Counted from the first letter of the stretch, positions 12,001 to 22,493 are shown. The stretch is 64,000 nucleotides of DNA from an uncultured Verrucomicrobiae bacterium (GCA_963707025.1 CAVPOM010000003.1:128001-192000); one strand, 5' to 3'. The notes: generated from the sequence alone by a model not told the origin. Numbers and translations are program-made.

Positions 12001-12254
12001 ACAAAGCGCGACCCGTCAAAGCGCGCCAGCCCGTCGTAGGTTCCCAGCCAAAGATAGCCATCGGGCGTTTGCGCGATGCTGGTGACAGTGCTATTCGGCA
12101 GGTTTTTCTCCGTGCCCCACACATCCACCAGATAAGCCGCCGGGGCAGCGGACGCCAGACGCGCTCCCCCGGCGACGAACAGCAGGGCCATTCCCGCCGA
12201 AGCCAGGCGGCGCCGCGCCGGGCGGGCAGATGGGCAACAGACCGGCAAGGGCAT
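9001..12254 (-). CDS. Sensor histidine kinase with beta-propeller (Reg_prop) ligand-binding region, Y_Y_Y domain, HisKA_3 and HATPase; three apparent frameshifts
   Basis: Joined from ORFs 11253-12290, 10874-11425, 9168-11006 and a C-terminal frame (GLLNLENRLAAIGG...GTRVELHLP, stop 9001). Motifs: QTPDGYLWLGTYDGLARFDG, RIAKDIHDDIGAGLTQI, EDNGHG. Shifts at ~11428 (+1), ~10887 (G run) and ~9239 (T run). Start uncertain (12254 or 12191). Confidence 0.88.
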
Positions 12255-12321
12255 GCCCTCCACTATGGAAAAATTGCCCCGGCAAAGCAAGCCGCGTCTG
12301 GCGAGCTGTCGGAACGCGCGG

Positions 12322-12618
12322 CTAAAAGGCGGCCATCAGCCCCTTGCGATACTCGTCAAACGCGGCGCGGCCCGCGCGCGTCAGCCGCAGCAGCGTCATG
12401 GGCACTTTGCCGCGATAGGTCTTCTCAATCTCCACGTAGCCGGCCTCCTCCAAACGGGCCAGATGGCTGGACAGGTTGCCCTTGTTCATCTCCGTCTCGT
12501 GCAGCAGGTAAAGGAAGTCGCATTCCTTCACCAGGGCGAGCAGGGATACAATCATCAGCCGCCCGGGTTCATGAATGACCCGGTCCAGTCCGGCAATGGC
12601 TTGCAGTTGCTCGTTCAT
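12322..12618 (-). CDS. Winged-helix transcriptional regulator (HTH_34/MarR-ArsR-like)
   Basis: LDRVIHEPGRLMIVSLL...GNLSSHLARLEEAGYVEIEK...LTRAGRAAF. ATG 12618 overlaps the upstream stop (ATGA). Confidence 0.88.
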   Translation of the reverse strand: MNEQLQAIAGLDRVIHEPGRLMIVSLLALVKECDFLYLLHETEMNKGNLSSHLARLEEAGYVEIEKTYRGKVPMTLLRLTRAGRAAFDEYRKGLMAAF

Positions 12619-13415
12619 TCGGTTTCCGGGGCGGGCGGCGGGGTGCGCTGAAGATACGAATAAAGGGTGGCCCCGCCGGAGACGAGCCACACCAGCCCCA
12701 TGAACAACATCACCGGCCGCGACAGCTCGATAAAATTGCCGGGCACGAGCAGATTAATTTCAAGAGGTCCCAGCACGATGAGGGCCAGGAGGAGCAACTT
12801 CCACGGTTGTTTCCTGATCGTGGCGGCGACCATCATCAAGTATAAACACCCGCTCGGCACCACCAGCAAGGCCAGCAGGGTTCTTCGGGCAAGACCGATC
12901 GGGCCGGGGCTGATCGGGCTGGGGTTGATGGTGCCGGGGCTGATCGCGCCCGTGTGCCGCATCTCGGACATCAAAAAGAATGCCAAACCGAGACTGATTA
13001 CCACCGAAACGACCACGCCGGCCACCATCCCTATCCGGAAGGATTTTGTATCCCGCTGGTAGGCGACATAGCCGGTGCGCGGCCAGGTGAGGTATTTCTT
13101 GATGGCCTTGTGGATGCAGTACAGCCCGAAGGCCCCGACGCCGAACAGCAGCCAGGCGATTAAATGGGTCCACGCCGAAGTCCCTGGCAGGAGGAGATAC
13201 GTGTAGCTCGACAGGGCAAAGCCCAGCCACATCGTCGCACAGGCAATCTCTCCGGCCCCGTCTATCGCCTCATAGCGCATGGGCCGCAGCATGGTCTTTT
13301 GAATCCGTGCGTTTTCTTTCGCCGCGCGGATGAATTCGTCGGTGCGCCCCTCCCGCTGGGCGCGTCGGATGGCCCGGGCCATCTGGAGGTATTCTCGAAG
13401 AGGATTGTTCATCAC
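12615..13415 (-). CDS. Hypothetical multi-pass membrane protein
   Basis: About six hydrophobic segments, TWPRTGYV motif, translationally coupled to the wHTH gene. Confidence 0.75.
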   Translation of the reverse strand: MMNNPLREYLQMARAIRRAQREGRTDEFIRAAKENARIQKTMLRPMRYEAIDGAGEIACATMWLGFALSSYTYLLLPGTSAWTHLIAWLLFGVGAFGLYCIHKAIKKYLTWPRTGYVAYQRDTKSFRIGMVAGVVVSVVISLGLAFFLMSEMRHTGAISPGTINPSPISPGPIGLARRTLLALLVVPSGCLYLMMVAATIRKQPWKLLLLALIVLGPLEINLLVPGNFIELSRPVMLFMGLVWLVSGGATLYSYLQRTPPPAPETE

Positions 13416-13689
13416 AGACCAGTTTGCAACACAAACCGATTTGTGGCAAGAACTATTTTCAACTTTTTTTCTCAGGGCCGCCCGCTCGCGCCTTTCTTGG
13501 GAAATGGCATCGCCTTAGTCGTGCGTGGCAGCGCGGGCGGAGGGATGAGAAACCAAACCACGCAAAGGGCCAGCGCTTTCATCACCCCAACGGCATGGCA
13601 CTAATCCGCCGCCCTGGCAATCATTGAGATTTGCATATATCATTTAGCATTTTGCATTTTCCATTCCCGCCGTTACCCTGCATCTACGA

Positions 13690-15036
13690 ATGAAGATTGC
13701 CGTTTTTGGAACAGGCTACGTCGGCTTGGTCTCGGGCGTTTGCCTGGCGGCCAAGGGCCACGAGGTCGTTTGCCTGGATCTCCGCGCCGAGGTCGTCGAA
13801 AAGCTCAACCGCGCCCAGCCCCACATCCACGAACCGGGCCTGCCGGAACTGCTCCGCAACGTCCTTGCCGAAAAGCGTTTCCGCGCCACCTTGTCCCGCG
13901 ACGACGCCCTCCAGGACGCCGCCCTCATTCTCATCGCCGTCGGCACCCCGACGGCCGACGGCAGGATTGACCTCCAGCACATCGCCGCGGCGGCGCGGCA
14001 AATCGGGGCCTGGTTAAAATCCGCCGGGCGCTTCGTCGCCGTGGTGGTCAAAAGCACCGTGGTGCCGGGGACCACCGACGGGCCGGTGCGAAACATCCTG
14101 GAGGAATCCTCCGGCAAAAAACTCGGCCAGTTCGGCCTGGGCATGAATCCTGAATTCCTCCGCGAAGGCAATGCCGTGGCCGATTTCATCAACCCCGACC
14201 GCATCGTTCTGGGGCACGAAGACGAGGAAACCCGCCGCCTGCTGGGCGAGTTGTACCGCCCCTGGTCGTGCGAAAAGCTGGAGGTCAACACCCGCACCGC
14301 GGAAATGATCAAATACGCCAACAACTGCCTCCTCGCCACCCAGATCTCCGCCGTCAACGAACTGGCCAACCTCTGCTCCCGAATCGGCAACTTGGATGTC
14401 CTGCAAGTCATGGCCGGCGTGCATCTCGACAGAAGATGGAACCCGCTGGACGCCGCAGGCAGGCGCGTCAACCCCCCCATTCTGAGTTATCTGTTGCCCG
14501 GCTGCGGTTTCGGCGGCAGTTGCTTTCCCAAGGATCTGCAGGCCCTGCGCACCCTGGGCCGCGACCGCGGCCTGCCCATGTCCCTGGTGCAGGCCGTGCT
14601 CGACATCAACGAACGCCAGCCCTCCCAAGTGGTCGCTTTGCTTGACACAAAACTCAAGCCGCTGGCCGGCAAGAAAATTCTCCTCCTCGGCCTGGCCTTC
14701 AAGCCGGACACCGATGACGTGCGCGAATCCGCCTCCCTGGCCATCCTGCGCGAGCTGATCGCGCAAGGCTGCGCCGTGACCGCCCATGATCCTGTGGCCG
14801 GCGAAAAGGCGCGCCAGGAATTGCCCGGCACGCCCTTCCTGCTGACGCAGGATTGGCAGGGCGCCGTCGGCGGCGCCGACGCGGTGGTGGTGGCGACGCA
14901 ATGGCCGGAATACGCCGGACTGAAAATGCCGGCCCTGGCCGGGGCCCTGGCGGGGAAGGTGGTGCTCGACGCCCGGCGCATGTTTCGCCCGGGGGATTTC
15001 CCGAATTATCTGGCCATCGGACGGCGCATGTTATAA
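13690..15036 (+). CDS. ugd: UDP-glucose/GDP-mannose dehydrogenase family protein
   Basis: GTGYVGL Rossmann motif, KSTVVPG, NPEFLREG, KYANN, GFGGSCFPKD catalytic Cys, GLAFKPDTDDVRES. Confidence 0.93.
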   Translation: MKIAVFGTGYVGLVSGVCLAAKGHEVVCLDLRAEVVEKLNRAQPHIHEPGLPELLRNVLAEKRFRATLSRDDALQDAALILIAVGTPTADGRIDLQHIAAAARQIGAWLKSAGRFVAVVVKSTVVPGTTDGPVRNILEESSGKKLGQFGLGMNPEFLREGNAVADFINPDRIVLGHEDEETRRLLGELYRPWSCEKLEVNTRTAEMIKYANNCLLATQISAVNELANLCSRIGNLDVLQVMAGVHLDRRWNPLDAAGRRVNPPILSYLLPGCGFGGSCFPKDLQALRTLGRDRGLPMSLVQAVLDINERQPSQVVALLDTKLKPLAGKKILLLGLAFKPDTDDVRESASLAILRELIAQGCAVTAHDPVAGEKARQELPGTPFLLTQDWQGAVGGADAVVVATQWPEYAGLKMPALAGALAGKVVLDARRMFRPGDFPNYLAIGRRML

Positions 15037-15059
15037 TCCATGCCGCTCGAAATCATCCT

Positions 15060-16328
15060 ATGTATCCGGCACATCACAGCGTCAAAGCGGGTCATCAATC
15101 CCGCTGCCAGGTTTGCCATTCGGATAAAATCCGCCTGGTTCTGGACCTCGGCCACCAGCCGCTGTGCGACACCCTGCTCACCCAGGAAATGCTCGACCAG
15201 GCCGAGGCCACCTATCCCCTGCGCATGTGCTGGTGCCCGGATTGCACGCTGGTGCAGATTGATTATTGCGTGGACGGCTCGCTGGTTTACCACCCGGATT
15301 ACCCCTACCGCAGCGGCATCACCAAGGAACTTTCCGAATACCAGGTCAACATCAGCAAGTCTCTCATTGCCCAGTACGGCCTGCGCCCCGCCAACCTGGT
15401 CATAGACATCGGCTCCAACGACGGCACCCTCCTGAGCGGTTTCCAGCGCGACGGCATCCGCGCCCTCGGCGTCGAGCCGACCAACATCGCCCGGATCGCC
15501 CGCGAAAACGGCATTGATACCGTCCAGGAATTTTTCACCGTCAAGACCGCCCGCGCCATCAAGAAAAAATACGGCCCCGCCGCCCTCATCACCTCCACCA
15601 ACATGTTCGCCCACATGGCCACCATCGGCGAGGTGGTCACCGGCATTGAACTCCTGCTCCAGGACGGCGGCGTGTTTGTTTCCGAGACGCATTATCTTCT
15701 GGACGTCCTCCAGGGCGGCCAGTTCGACACCATTTATCACGAGCATCTGCGGACTTACTCGCTCCGATCGCTCATCCGGCTCTTCGACTATTACAATTTT
15801 ACCATCACCGGCGCCGAACGGGGCAGCCGCTACGGCGGCAATCTCCGCATCCATGCCACCAAGGGCAAAAACCTGCCGGCCGGGCAAAACGTCGCCGACC
15901 TGCTCGCGCTGGAGGAAGAGGCCGGCCTGGGCAAATTGGAGACCTACCAAACTTTCGCCCGGCGCGTGCAAAGGGCCAAAAAGGAATTCACCAGCTTCAT
16001 TTTCCAGGCCGCGCAACAGGGAAAATCCGTCGTGGGCAATTCCTGCCCGGCCCGCTCGGCCACGCTCCTGAACTATTACGGCATGGACCCGGATTGGATT
16101 CCCTACATCGCCGAACAACCCACCTCGCTCAAGCTCTGGAAATTCCTGCCCGGCAAACACATTCCCGTCGTCAACAATGAAATCCTGATCAAAGAGCAGC
16201 CCGATTACGTCATTTTGCTCGCCTGGCATTACGCCGAACCGATCCGCAAACAACTGGAAGCCCGCGGGCTGAAATCCGATTTCATCGTGCCGCTGCCCGA
16301 CTTCCACATTGTCAGGAACGGCTCATGA
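15060..16328 (+). CDS. NDP-hexose C-methyltransferase family (Zn-binding N-terminus, SAM-dependent)
   Basis: CQVC...CPDC Zn motif, DIGSNDG SAM motif, FDTIYHEH, KFLPGKHIPV, LLAWHY. Start taken at ATG 15060. Confidence 0.9.
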   Translation: MYPAHHSVKAGHQSRCQVCHSDKIRLVLDLGHQPLCDTLLTQEMLDQAEATYPLRMCWCPDCTLVQIDYCVDGSLVYHPDYPYRSGITKELSEYQVNISKSLIAQYGLRPANLVIDIGSNDGTLLSGFQRDGIRALGVEPTNIARIARENGIDTVQEFFTVKTARAIKKKYGPAALITSTNMFAHMATIGEVVTGIELLLQDGGVFVSETHYLLDVLQGGQFDTIYHEHLRTYSLRSLIRLFDYYNFTITGAERGSRYGGNLRIHATKGKNLPAGQNVADLLALEEEAGLGKLETYQTFARRVQRAKKEFTSFIFQAAQQGKSVVGNSCPARSATLLNYYGMDPDWIPYIAEQPTSLKLWKFLPGKHIPVVNNEILIKEQPDYVILLAWHYAEPIRKQLEARGLKSDFIVPLPDFHIVRNGS

Positions 16329-16344
16329 AAGGCACGGTACGAAT

Positions 16345-16396
16345 TTGTAGCGTCGAGCCTGCGGCTCGAAATCGGCGCGCAGCGCCGACACTACAA
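16345..16396. repeat. REP-like palindrome with GTAG/CTAC ends
   Basis: TTGTAGCGTCG...CGACACTACAA enclosing an internal hairpin, in the intergenic gap. Confidence 0.6.
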
Positions 16397-16419
16397 CCAT
16401 CAAGCAAGCACACGACCCC

Positions 16420-17451
16420 ATGAAAACTCGGGTTGCAGTTGTGGGATCGGGCTTTGGTTTGTACGGCCTCCTGCCCGCCTTCCAGCAAATCCCCGACTGC
16501 GCCGCCGTCGGCATCTTTGGCGAAAGCAGCGACCGTTTGCTCAATTATTGCCGGCAAACCGCCGTCCCCTTTTTCCGCGACTGGCGCGGCATGCTCGAGC
16601 AATGCCGGCCCGACGCCATCGCCGTCGCCGTCATCCCCCGCCACCAGCACGAGATCATCGCTCATGCCCTGGCACGCGGCATTTCCGTCTTTGCCGAAAA
16701 ACCCCTTGCCGTGGACCTCGCACAAGCCAAAGCGTTGCTCGAACAAGCCCGCGCCAAAAAAGTGGCCCACATGGTGGATTTCCTTTTTCCCGAAATTCCC
16801 GAATGGCGTCGCGCCAGGGAACTTCTCGAACAAGGCGCGATTGGCCGGCCGCTCCATTGTCAAATGAACTGGCGCTTTCTCAGCCACGACATCAAACACA
16901 AGACGCAAGGCTGGAAAACCCGCCCGGAGGAAGGCGGCGGCGCTCTCTCCTTTTACTTTTCCCATGCCTTTTACAACCTGGAGTTTTTCCTGGGAAAAAT
17001 GCAAAGCCTGCGCTGCGGGCTGCCGGGCGCCCCGGACACTCCCGGCGCCGGCGAAACCGGGGTCAGCCTGGCCGCCTCCTTTCAAAACGGCTGCTCTGGA
17101 AACGTTATATTTGACTGCGCCTTCCCCGGCCGCCCTGAACATGCCTGGGATTTTCAAGGGGAGGCCGGCGCCCTCCTTCTGGAAAATACCGCCGCCTCCT
17201 TCACCGGTGGTTTCCAACTCACCCGCCGTCCCAAAAACGGCCCGGCGGAAAAAGTCCCCGTTCCCCCGCTCCCCTCCGATCCGTCCCTGGACGAGAGAGT
17301 CGTCCTGGTAAAATCCCTGGCCGAACGTTTCCTCTGTTGGCAGCGCGACTCCGTCCCGGCCCGCCCGGATTTTGCCGACGGCCTCCGCGTCCAGCAACTC
17401 ATCGAACTTGCCCGCCAATCCGCGCAATGCCGGCAAACCGTCCTGTGCTGA
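16420..17451 (+). CDS. Gfo/Idh/MocA-family oxidoreductase
   Basis: VAVVGSGFG Rossmann motif, VFAEKPLA, EEGGGAL. Confidence 0.88.
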   Translation: MKTRVAVVGSGFGLYGLLPAFQQIPDCAAVGIFGESSDRLLNYCRQTAVPFFRDWRGMLEQCRPDAIAVAVIPRHQHEIIAHALARGISVFAEKPLAVDLAQAKALLEQARAKKVAHMVDFLFPEIPEWRRARELLEQGAIGRPLHCQMNWRFLSHDIKHKTQGWKTRPEEGGGALSFYFSHAFYNLEFFLGKMQSLRCGLPGAPDTPGAGETGVSLAASFQNGCSGNVIFDCAFPGRPEHAWDFQGEAGALLLENTAASFTGGFQLTRRPKNGPAEKVPVPPLPSDPSLDERVVLVKSLAERFLCWQRDSVPARPDFADGLRVQQLIELARQSAQCRQTVLC

Positions 17452-17731
17452 GTCTCATTTGAGGCGCGCCACAGTCTGGCGCGCCGCGGCGGACAGCGGA
17501 GCGCCCTTCCTGTGCCCGGGACGGAAGCGCCGCGACAGGGGCATGCGTCATGGAATATAAACAGCTTAACGCCGCCATGAAATCAAGTGCCTCAATGAAT
17601 TTGCCGGCAGGATCAAAACTGGCGGCTATTACTTATATTAAGATCTTCCCCAAACAGAGGGGCTTAAGTTGCCAGCCGTGGCTTCCAGCCACGGCAAATC
17701 CTGCGGGAATGAGCCTGACTCGCGCTGGCCG

Positions 17732-18523
17732 TCAGCGCCGGGCGGTGGAGTAACCGTGGATGACAAACTTGTGGCCGGCCCAGGCGTAGCCTCCCAGGTC
17801 ATCGAATGAGACGTTATAGAGGCCGGTGATTTCCTGCCAGGCCTTGCGCTCGCCGTGGTTATTGGACGCCCGGTTGCAATCCCAGTCGTCGAAATAGACC
17901 AGGGCGCCCTCCGTGAGCGCATTTGTTTTGAACATGAACTCAAGCACCTCATAGGCCGAGGCATACAGATCGGAGTCAATATGAATCATCGCAAAACGCT
18001 GTCCCGCCGGAATCTTCGGGAGAGTGTCCGAAAACCAGCCTGCGTAGATTTTTATGGAGTCCGCGCGGATGCGTTTGCCGCACCAGGCGCGCAATTGCGC
18101 CGGCGAGGCTCCTTTCAACTGCCCCTTGGCCCATACCCCCAGCTTGACATGCTCATTGTCCAGGTCGGCCGGATGGCGGGCTTCCGGCATTCCTTCAAAA
18201 CTGTCAAACAGGTGCAGGGACTTGTCCGCCCGGTAGAGCTGCATGGCGGTGGCAATGACCTTGGCCGTGCGCCCCGTCTGCGTTCCAAATTCCGCAATGT
18301 CCCCCTCCACGGCCGAGTGGACGGTGTATTGCACTCCCATGATCAAACTTTCCGCGATCAAGCGGAAGCCCAGGGCATCGTACCCATACTTGATGCTTTC
18401 CCGGGTGCTCGTCATGGACCGGGTCTCCGGCAGGCTGGCCAAAGGGCTGCACAATCGGCAGATCACCTTTTCCCAAAAGCCCGCCGGTCTCATCGGGTTT
18501 TGATTTTTTAACGGTTCCGTCAT
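17732..18523 (-). CDS. TylF/MycF/NovP-family O-methyltransferase
   Basis: VEGDIAEFG, LFDSFEGMP, GWFSDTLP, IHIDSDLYAS, YFDDW. Confidence 0.9.
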   Translation of the reverse strand: MTEPLKNQNPMRPAGFWEKVICRLCSPLASLPETRSMTSTRESIKYGYDALGFRLIAESLIMGVQYTVHSAVEGDIAEFGTQTGRTAKVIATAMQLYRADKSLHLFDSFEGMPEARHPADLDNEHVKLGVWAKGQLKGASPAQLRAWCGKRIRADSIKIYAGWFSDTLPKIPAGQRFAMIHIDSDLYASAYEVLEFMFKTNALTEGALVYFDDWDCNRASNNHGERKAWQEITGLYNVSFDDLGGYAWAGHKFVIHGYSTARR

Positions 18524-18797
18524 TTTACGTTGCCGCTAGGCTCAAGGAACGGCCCCCGCCAAGTCAAGCTAATCTTCCGCCAGAGCCGGCCCGGCGCTCC
18601 GGACCACCTCTGCGGGCGCGTTCCGACAGCCTGGCGCAATTGAAAAAACAATGCCTGGCCGTCGCCAGCAGATCCACGGTGACAGCAACCTGGTTCCAAC
18701 GCCAGCAACACAGGCTCCAGAGGGATTATATAGCCGGCCTCAATCGCGCAAGAAACGGCTCTTCCCATGAGCTTTGACGCTCGCGGCCAGGCCACCC

Positions 18798-19559
18798 TCA
18801 CAGCCCCGTCGGATGATCCAAAAAAACCCACGGAACACGGAATTTTTTTGACAGCTCCGCCGCCAGGGCTTTGACGCCAAAAGTCTCCGTCGCGTAGTGG
18901 CCTCCGTAAAAAACATTGACCCCCAGCTCTTCCGCCAGCGCGCAGGTCCAGTGCGGCCCTTCCCCGGTGATGAACGTGTCCACTCCTTCCGCCGCCGCCG
19001 CCTGCAAATGGCTCCCCGCCCCGCCCGTCACCACGCCGATGCGCCGGCACCACGCCGGTCCGCCCGGCACGACCGTGGGCGCCCGGCCCAGCGCCCGCCC
19101 CAGCCTGTCCGCCAGAACTTCGCGCGCCACCCGGGCGCGCGTCTGCCATCCGATGGCCCGCCCTTTTTCCACAAAAAACGGCCGGAGATTCTTAAAACCC
19201 AGCGCCGCGCACAATTGCGCGTTGTTGCCCAATTGCGGATGCGCGTCCAGCGGCAAATGCGAACTGTAAACCGCCAGGTCCTTCTCGATCAGCCATTGCA
19301 GCAGCGCGCGCCGCGGCCCGGTCCACGGCGTCACCGGCCTCCAGAACAACCCGTGATGCACGATCAGCAAGTCGGCTTGCGCCGCCGCCGCCATTTTCAC
19401 CGTGGCCAGCGAGCCGTCCACCGCCGCCGCGATTTTCCTCACCGCGCCGGAGTTTTCCACCTGCAATCCGTTGGCCGCGCCTGCCTCGTCGTTAAACGTT
19501 GCGGGCCGCAGCCGTTTTTGGCAATGTCGGACTATGGCGGACAAGAATGCTTTGGACAT
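18798..19559 (-). CDS. Nif3-like dinuclear metal center protein
   Basis: NGLQVE, IVHHGLFW, SHLPLDAHPQLGNN, FITGE, GGHYATETFGV. Confidence 0.93.
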   Translation of the reverse strand: MSKAFLSAIVRHCQKRLRPATFNDEAGAANGLQVENSGAVRKIAAAVDGSLATVKMAAAAQADLLIVHHGLFWRPVTPWTGPRRALLQWLIEKDLAVYSSHLPLDAHPQLGNNAQLCAALGFKNLRPFFVEKGRAIGWQTRARVAREVLADRLGRALGRAPTVVPGGPAWCRRIGVVTGGAGSHLQAAAAEGVDTFITGEGPHWTCALAEELGVNVFYGGHYATETFGVKALAAELSKKFRVPWVFLDHPTGL

Positions 19560-19675
19560 GAGGGCATGAAAACAGAGACGGCGGGAATTTTCAAACGCGC
19601 AACCGGAAAATTTTTGCAACGCCTTGTTGAAATTTGCGCGCCGCTTCTTATATTGCGCAACAGCTTGAAATCAAA

Positions 19676-21613
19676 ATGAGCCAGCCAGCCGCCCCGCCCC
19701 CTCCCTGGGACATCCAGGCCGCCCGCGCCCTTTACAACATCGCGCGCTGGGGCGCGCGCTATTTTGACATCAACGAGGCCGGCCACGTCGTCGCCATGCC
19801 GCTGCGCGAATCCGGCACGGTGGTGGACATCACCGACGTCATCGAGGAGGCCAAGGGGCGCGGCCTGCAATGTCCGGTCTTGATTCGATTTCAGGACATT
19901 CTCCGCCACCGCGTCGAGGCCATCAGCCAGGCCTTCGCCGCCTCCATTGCCGAATTCAATTATCAAAACACCTACCGCGGCGTCTTTCCCATCAAGGTCA
20001 ATCAACTGCGCGAAGTGGTGGAGGAAATTCTGGACGCGGGCAAGCCGTTCCACTTCGGCCTGGAAGTCGGCAGCAAGCCCGAACTGTTCGCCGGCCTGGC
20101 CCTGCAAAACCAGGTGGGCAGCCTGATTATTTGCAACGGTTACAAGGACACCCAGTTCATCCGCATGGCCCTGATGGGCGTCAAGCTGGGCAAGACCGTC
20201 ATCCTCGTGGTGGAAAAGCTGGAGGAACTCAAGCAGATCATCGCCGTCTCCCGCCAGTTCGGCGTCGAGCCGCGCCTGGGCATCCGCATCCGCCTGACTT
20301 GCAAGGGCGCGGGCAAATGGGCCGAAAGCGGCGGCGACAACGCCAAGTTCGGCCTCAGCACCGCCGAACTGCTCATGGCCACCGAGTTGTTGCGCGCCGA
20401 AAAAATGGAGCACTGCTTCAAACTCCTCCATTTCCACATCGGCTCCCAGGTCCCCGACATCCTCACCATCAAAAAGGCCGCGCAGGAGGCCGCCCGCTTT
20501 TATGCCAAACTTTTCAAAATGGGCTTCGCCATCGAATCCCTCGATGTCGGCGGCGGCCTGGGCGTGGATTACGACGGCAGCCGCTCCGCCTCCGACAGCT
20601 CCACCAATTATACCTTGCGCGAATACACCAACGACATGGTCTTTTACATCGCCGAGGTTTGCAACCAGGAGAAAGTCCCCCACCCCCAGATCGTCAGCGA
20701 AAGCGGCCGCGCCATCGTCGCCCATCACAGCGTCTTGATCGTCGAGATTATTGGCGCCATCGAAAAAACCCGCGCCGGCTCCGAAGTGCCCGACGGCGAA
20801 AACCAGCACGCCCTGGTGCGCGATCTGTTGGACATCCGCAAAAACCTCTCCCAACTCAACAAACTGGAGGCCTGCCACGACGCCTTGGATCGCCGCGAGG
20901 AAGCCCAACTCATGTTCGCCCTCGGCCTGCTCGAATTGCCCGACAAGGCCAGGATCGAGTCCCTCTACTGGGAAATTGGCCGCCAAGTCGTGCAAAGCTT
21001 CCACGGCCAGCCCCATGTCCCCGAGGAAATCCGCAAGCTGGAGGAAAGTTTGGGCGACCAGTTCCTCTGCAACTTCTCCGTCTTCCAATCCCTCCTCGAT
21101 CACTGGGCCTTGGGCCAGCTTTTCCCCATCATGCCCCTCAGCCGCCTCAACGAAGCCCCCTCCCGCGAAGGCACCCTGGTGGACATCACCTGCGATTCCG
21201 ACGGCCAGGTCAACAAGTTTATTGACATCGCCGACGTCCGCGACACCCTCCCCTTGCACGGCCTCCGCGCCAACGGCAACGGGCCGGAGCCGTATTACCT
21301 GGGCTTTTTTTTGATGGGCGCCTACCAGGACATCATGGGCGATTTGCACAATCTCTTCGGCCGCGTCAACGAGGTTCATGTCTTTCTCGATCCCGACGAA
21401 CCCTCCGGCTACTACGTCGAAGACATCATCGAAGGCTCCACCATTGTGCAGACGCTGACCTCCGTGCAATACGACGAGCACGAATTGCAGCGCCAGATGA
21501 AAATGCAGGTGGACGAGGCCATCAAGTCCGACCGCCTCAAGCCCTCCGAAGGCATGCGTCTGCTCGACGATTTCGAGCGCGGCCTCAAGGATTACACCTA
21601 CCTGACCAGTTGA
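19676..21613 (+). CDS. speA: Biosynthetic arginine decarboxylase
   Basis: VFPIKVNQ (PLP Lys), GLEVGSKPEL, CNGYKD, HFHIGSQ, DVGGGLGVDYDG, SESGRA, DITCDSDG, GAYQDIMGDLHNLFG. Confidence 0.97.
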   Translation: MSQPAAPPPPWDIQAARALYNIARWGARYFDINEAGHVVAMPLRESGTVVDITDVIEEAKGRGLQCPVLIRFQDILRHRVEAISQAFAASIAEFNYQNTYRGVFPIKVNQLREVVEEILDAGKPFHFGLEVGSKPELFAGLALQNQVGSLIICNGYKDTQFIRMALMGVKLGKTVILVVEKLEELKQIIAVSRQFGVEPRLGIRIRLTCKGAGKWAESGGDNAKFGLSTAELLMATELLRAEKMEHCFKLLHFHIGSQVPDILTIKKAAQEAARFYAKLFKMGFAIESLDVGGGLGVDYDGSRSASDSSTNYTLREYTNDMVFYIAEVCNQEKVPHPQIVSESGRAIVAHHSVLIVEIIGAIEKTRAGSEVPDGENQHALVRDLLDIRKNLSQLNKLEACHDALDRREEAQLMFALGLLELPDKARIESLYWEIGRQVVQSFHGQPHVPEEIRKLEESLGDQFLCNFSVFQSLLDHWALGQLFPIMPLSRLNEAPSREGTLVDITCDSDGQVNKFIDIADVRDTLPLHGLRANGNGPEPYYLGFFLMGAYQDIMGDLHNLFGRVNEVHVFLDPDEPSGYYVEDIIEGSTIVQTLTSVQYDEHELQRQMKMQVDEAIKSDRLKPSEGMRLLDDFERGLKDYTYLTS

Positions 21614-21738
21614 GATGACTGCGCGGACCGAAAACCCACTCCGTCCGTGCCTGTCCTTTTCGTCCTTTTCGTCCCTTCTGTCCTTTCCCTTCTGCCTGCT
21701 GCCTTCTGCCTGCTGCCTTCCGTCCCCTCTCCCCCGCC

Positions 21739-22443
21739 ATGCTTGATGCCGCGAAAGCCGAACTGCTTCGCGCCCTGGGCCGCTTGGTGCGCGGCCTCTC
21801 CACCCTCTTCTGGGGCCTGGCCTTGACCGGCTTGGTTTGCCTGGAGATGGTTTACCTGGAAACGGCGCCAGCCGTCTGGCGGGAGACGTTCAGCCCGCTC
21901 CCCTTTCTTCCCGCCTTCCTCCTGGGCCCGCTGCTCTGGCACGGCCTGAACCAGTTGCGCGCTTTTCAGGTGCAGGAACGCATCTGGCAGCGCGCCTTGA
22001 GCCGCGCCGGGATTTTCGCCGTGCTCCAGGCCGGCCTGGCCCCGTTCTTGTATTGGTGGCACAAATTCCCCTCCGTTCCTCTTTACGCCGCCTGCGTCGG
22101 CCTGTTCTTCCTCTCCAGCCTGTTCCTCCTGGTCCAGATCAACTGCGTGCTGCAACGGCTCTGCGCCATGCTGCCGGACGAAACCTTGCGGGCGGAGACC
22201 AAACTTTTCACCGCCTTCAACATCTCCCTCCTCCTCGCCTTTTTGGCCGGCCTCTCGATTTATTTCCTCTTGACACGCCTCCCCCTCCTGCCCGTCTGGC
22301 TCGACCGCTGGATGGAGGCCGCCGCCGCCGCGGGCGTCTGGCTGGCCCTGTTCCTCATCCTCATGCCTCTGGCCATGACCATGGCCCTCCTCTGGAAAAT
22401 CAAGGAAGTCATCTTCTCCAGCCTCACCAACGCCGGCCCTTAG
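21739..22443 (+). CDS. Hypothetical membrane protein
   Basis: 234-aa ORF with about six hydrophobic helices. Confidence 0.7.
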   Translation: MLDAAKAELLRALGRLVRGLSTLFWGLALTGLVCLEMVYLETAPAVWRETFSPLPFLPAFLLGPLLWHGLNQLRAFQVQERIWQRALSRAGIFAVLQAGLAPFLYWWHKFPSVPLYAACVGLFFLSSLFLLVQINCVLQRLCAMLPDETLRAETKLFTAFNISLLLAFLAGLSIYFLLTRLPLLPVWLDRWMEAAAAAGVWLALFLILMPLAMTMALLWKIKEVIFSSLTNAGP

Positions 22444-22493
22444 CCCGTTCTCCTCCTCCTCCTCCTCCTGAGCCCGCTCCGGATCCTAATACT

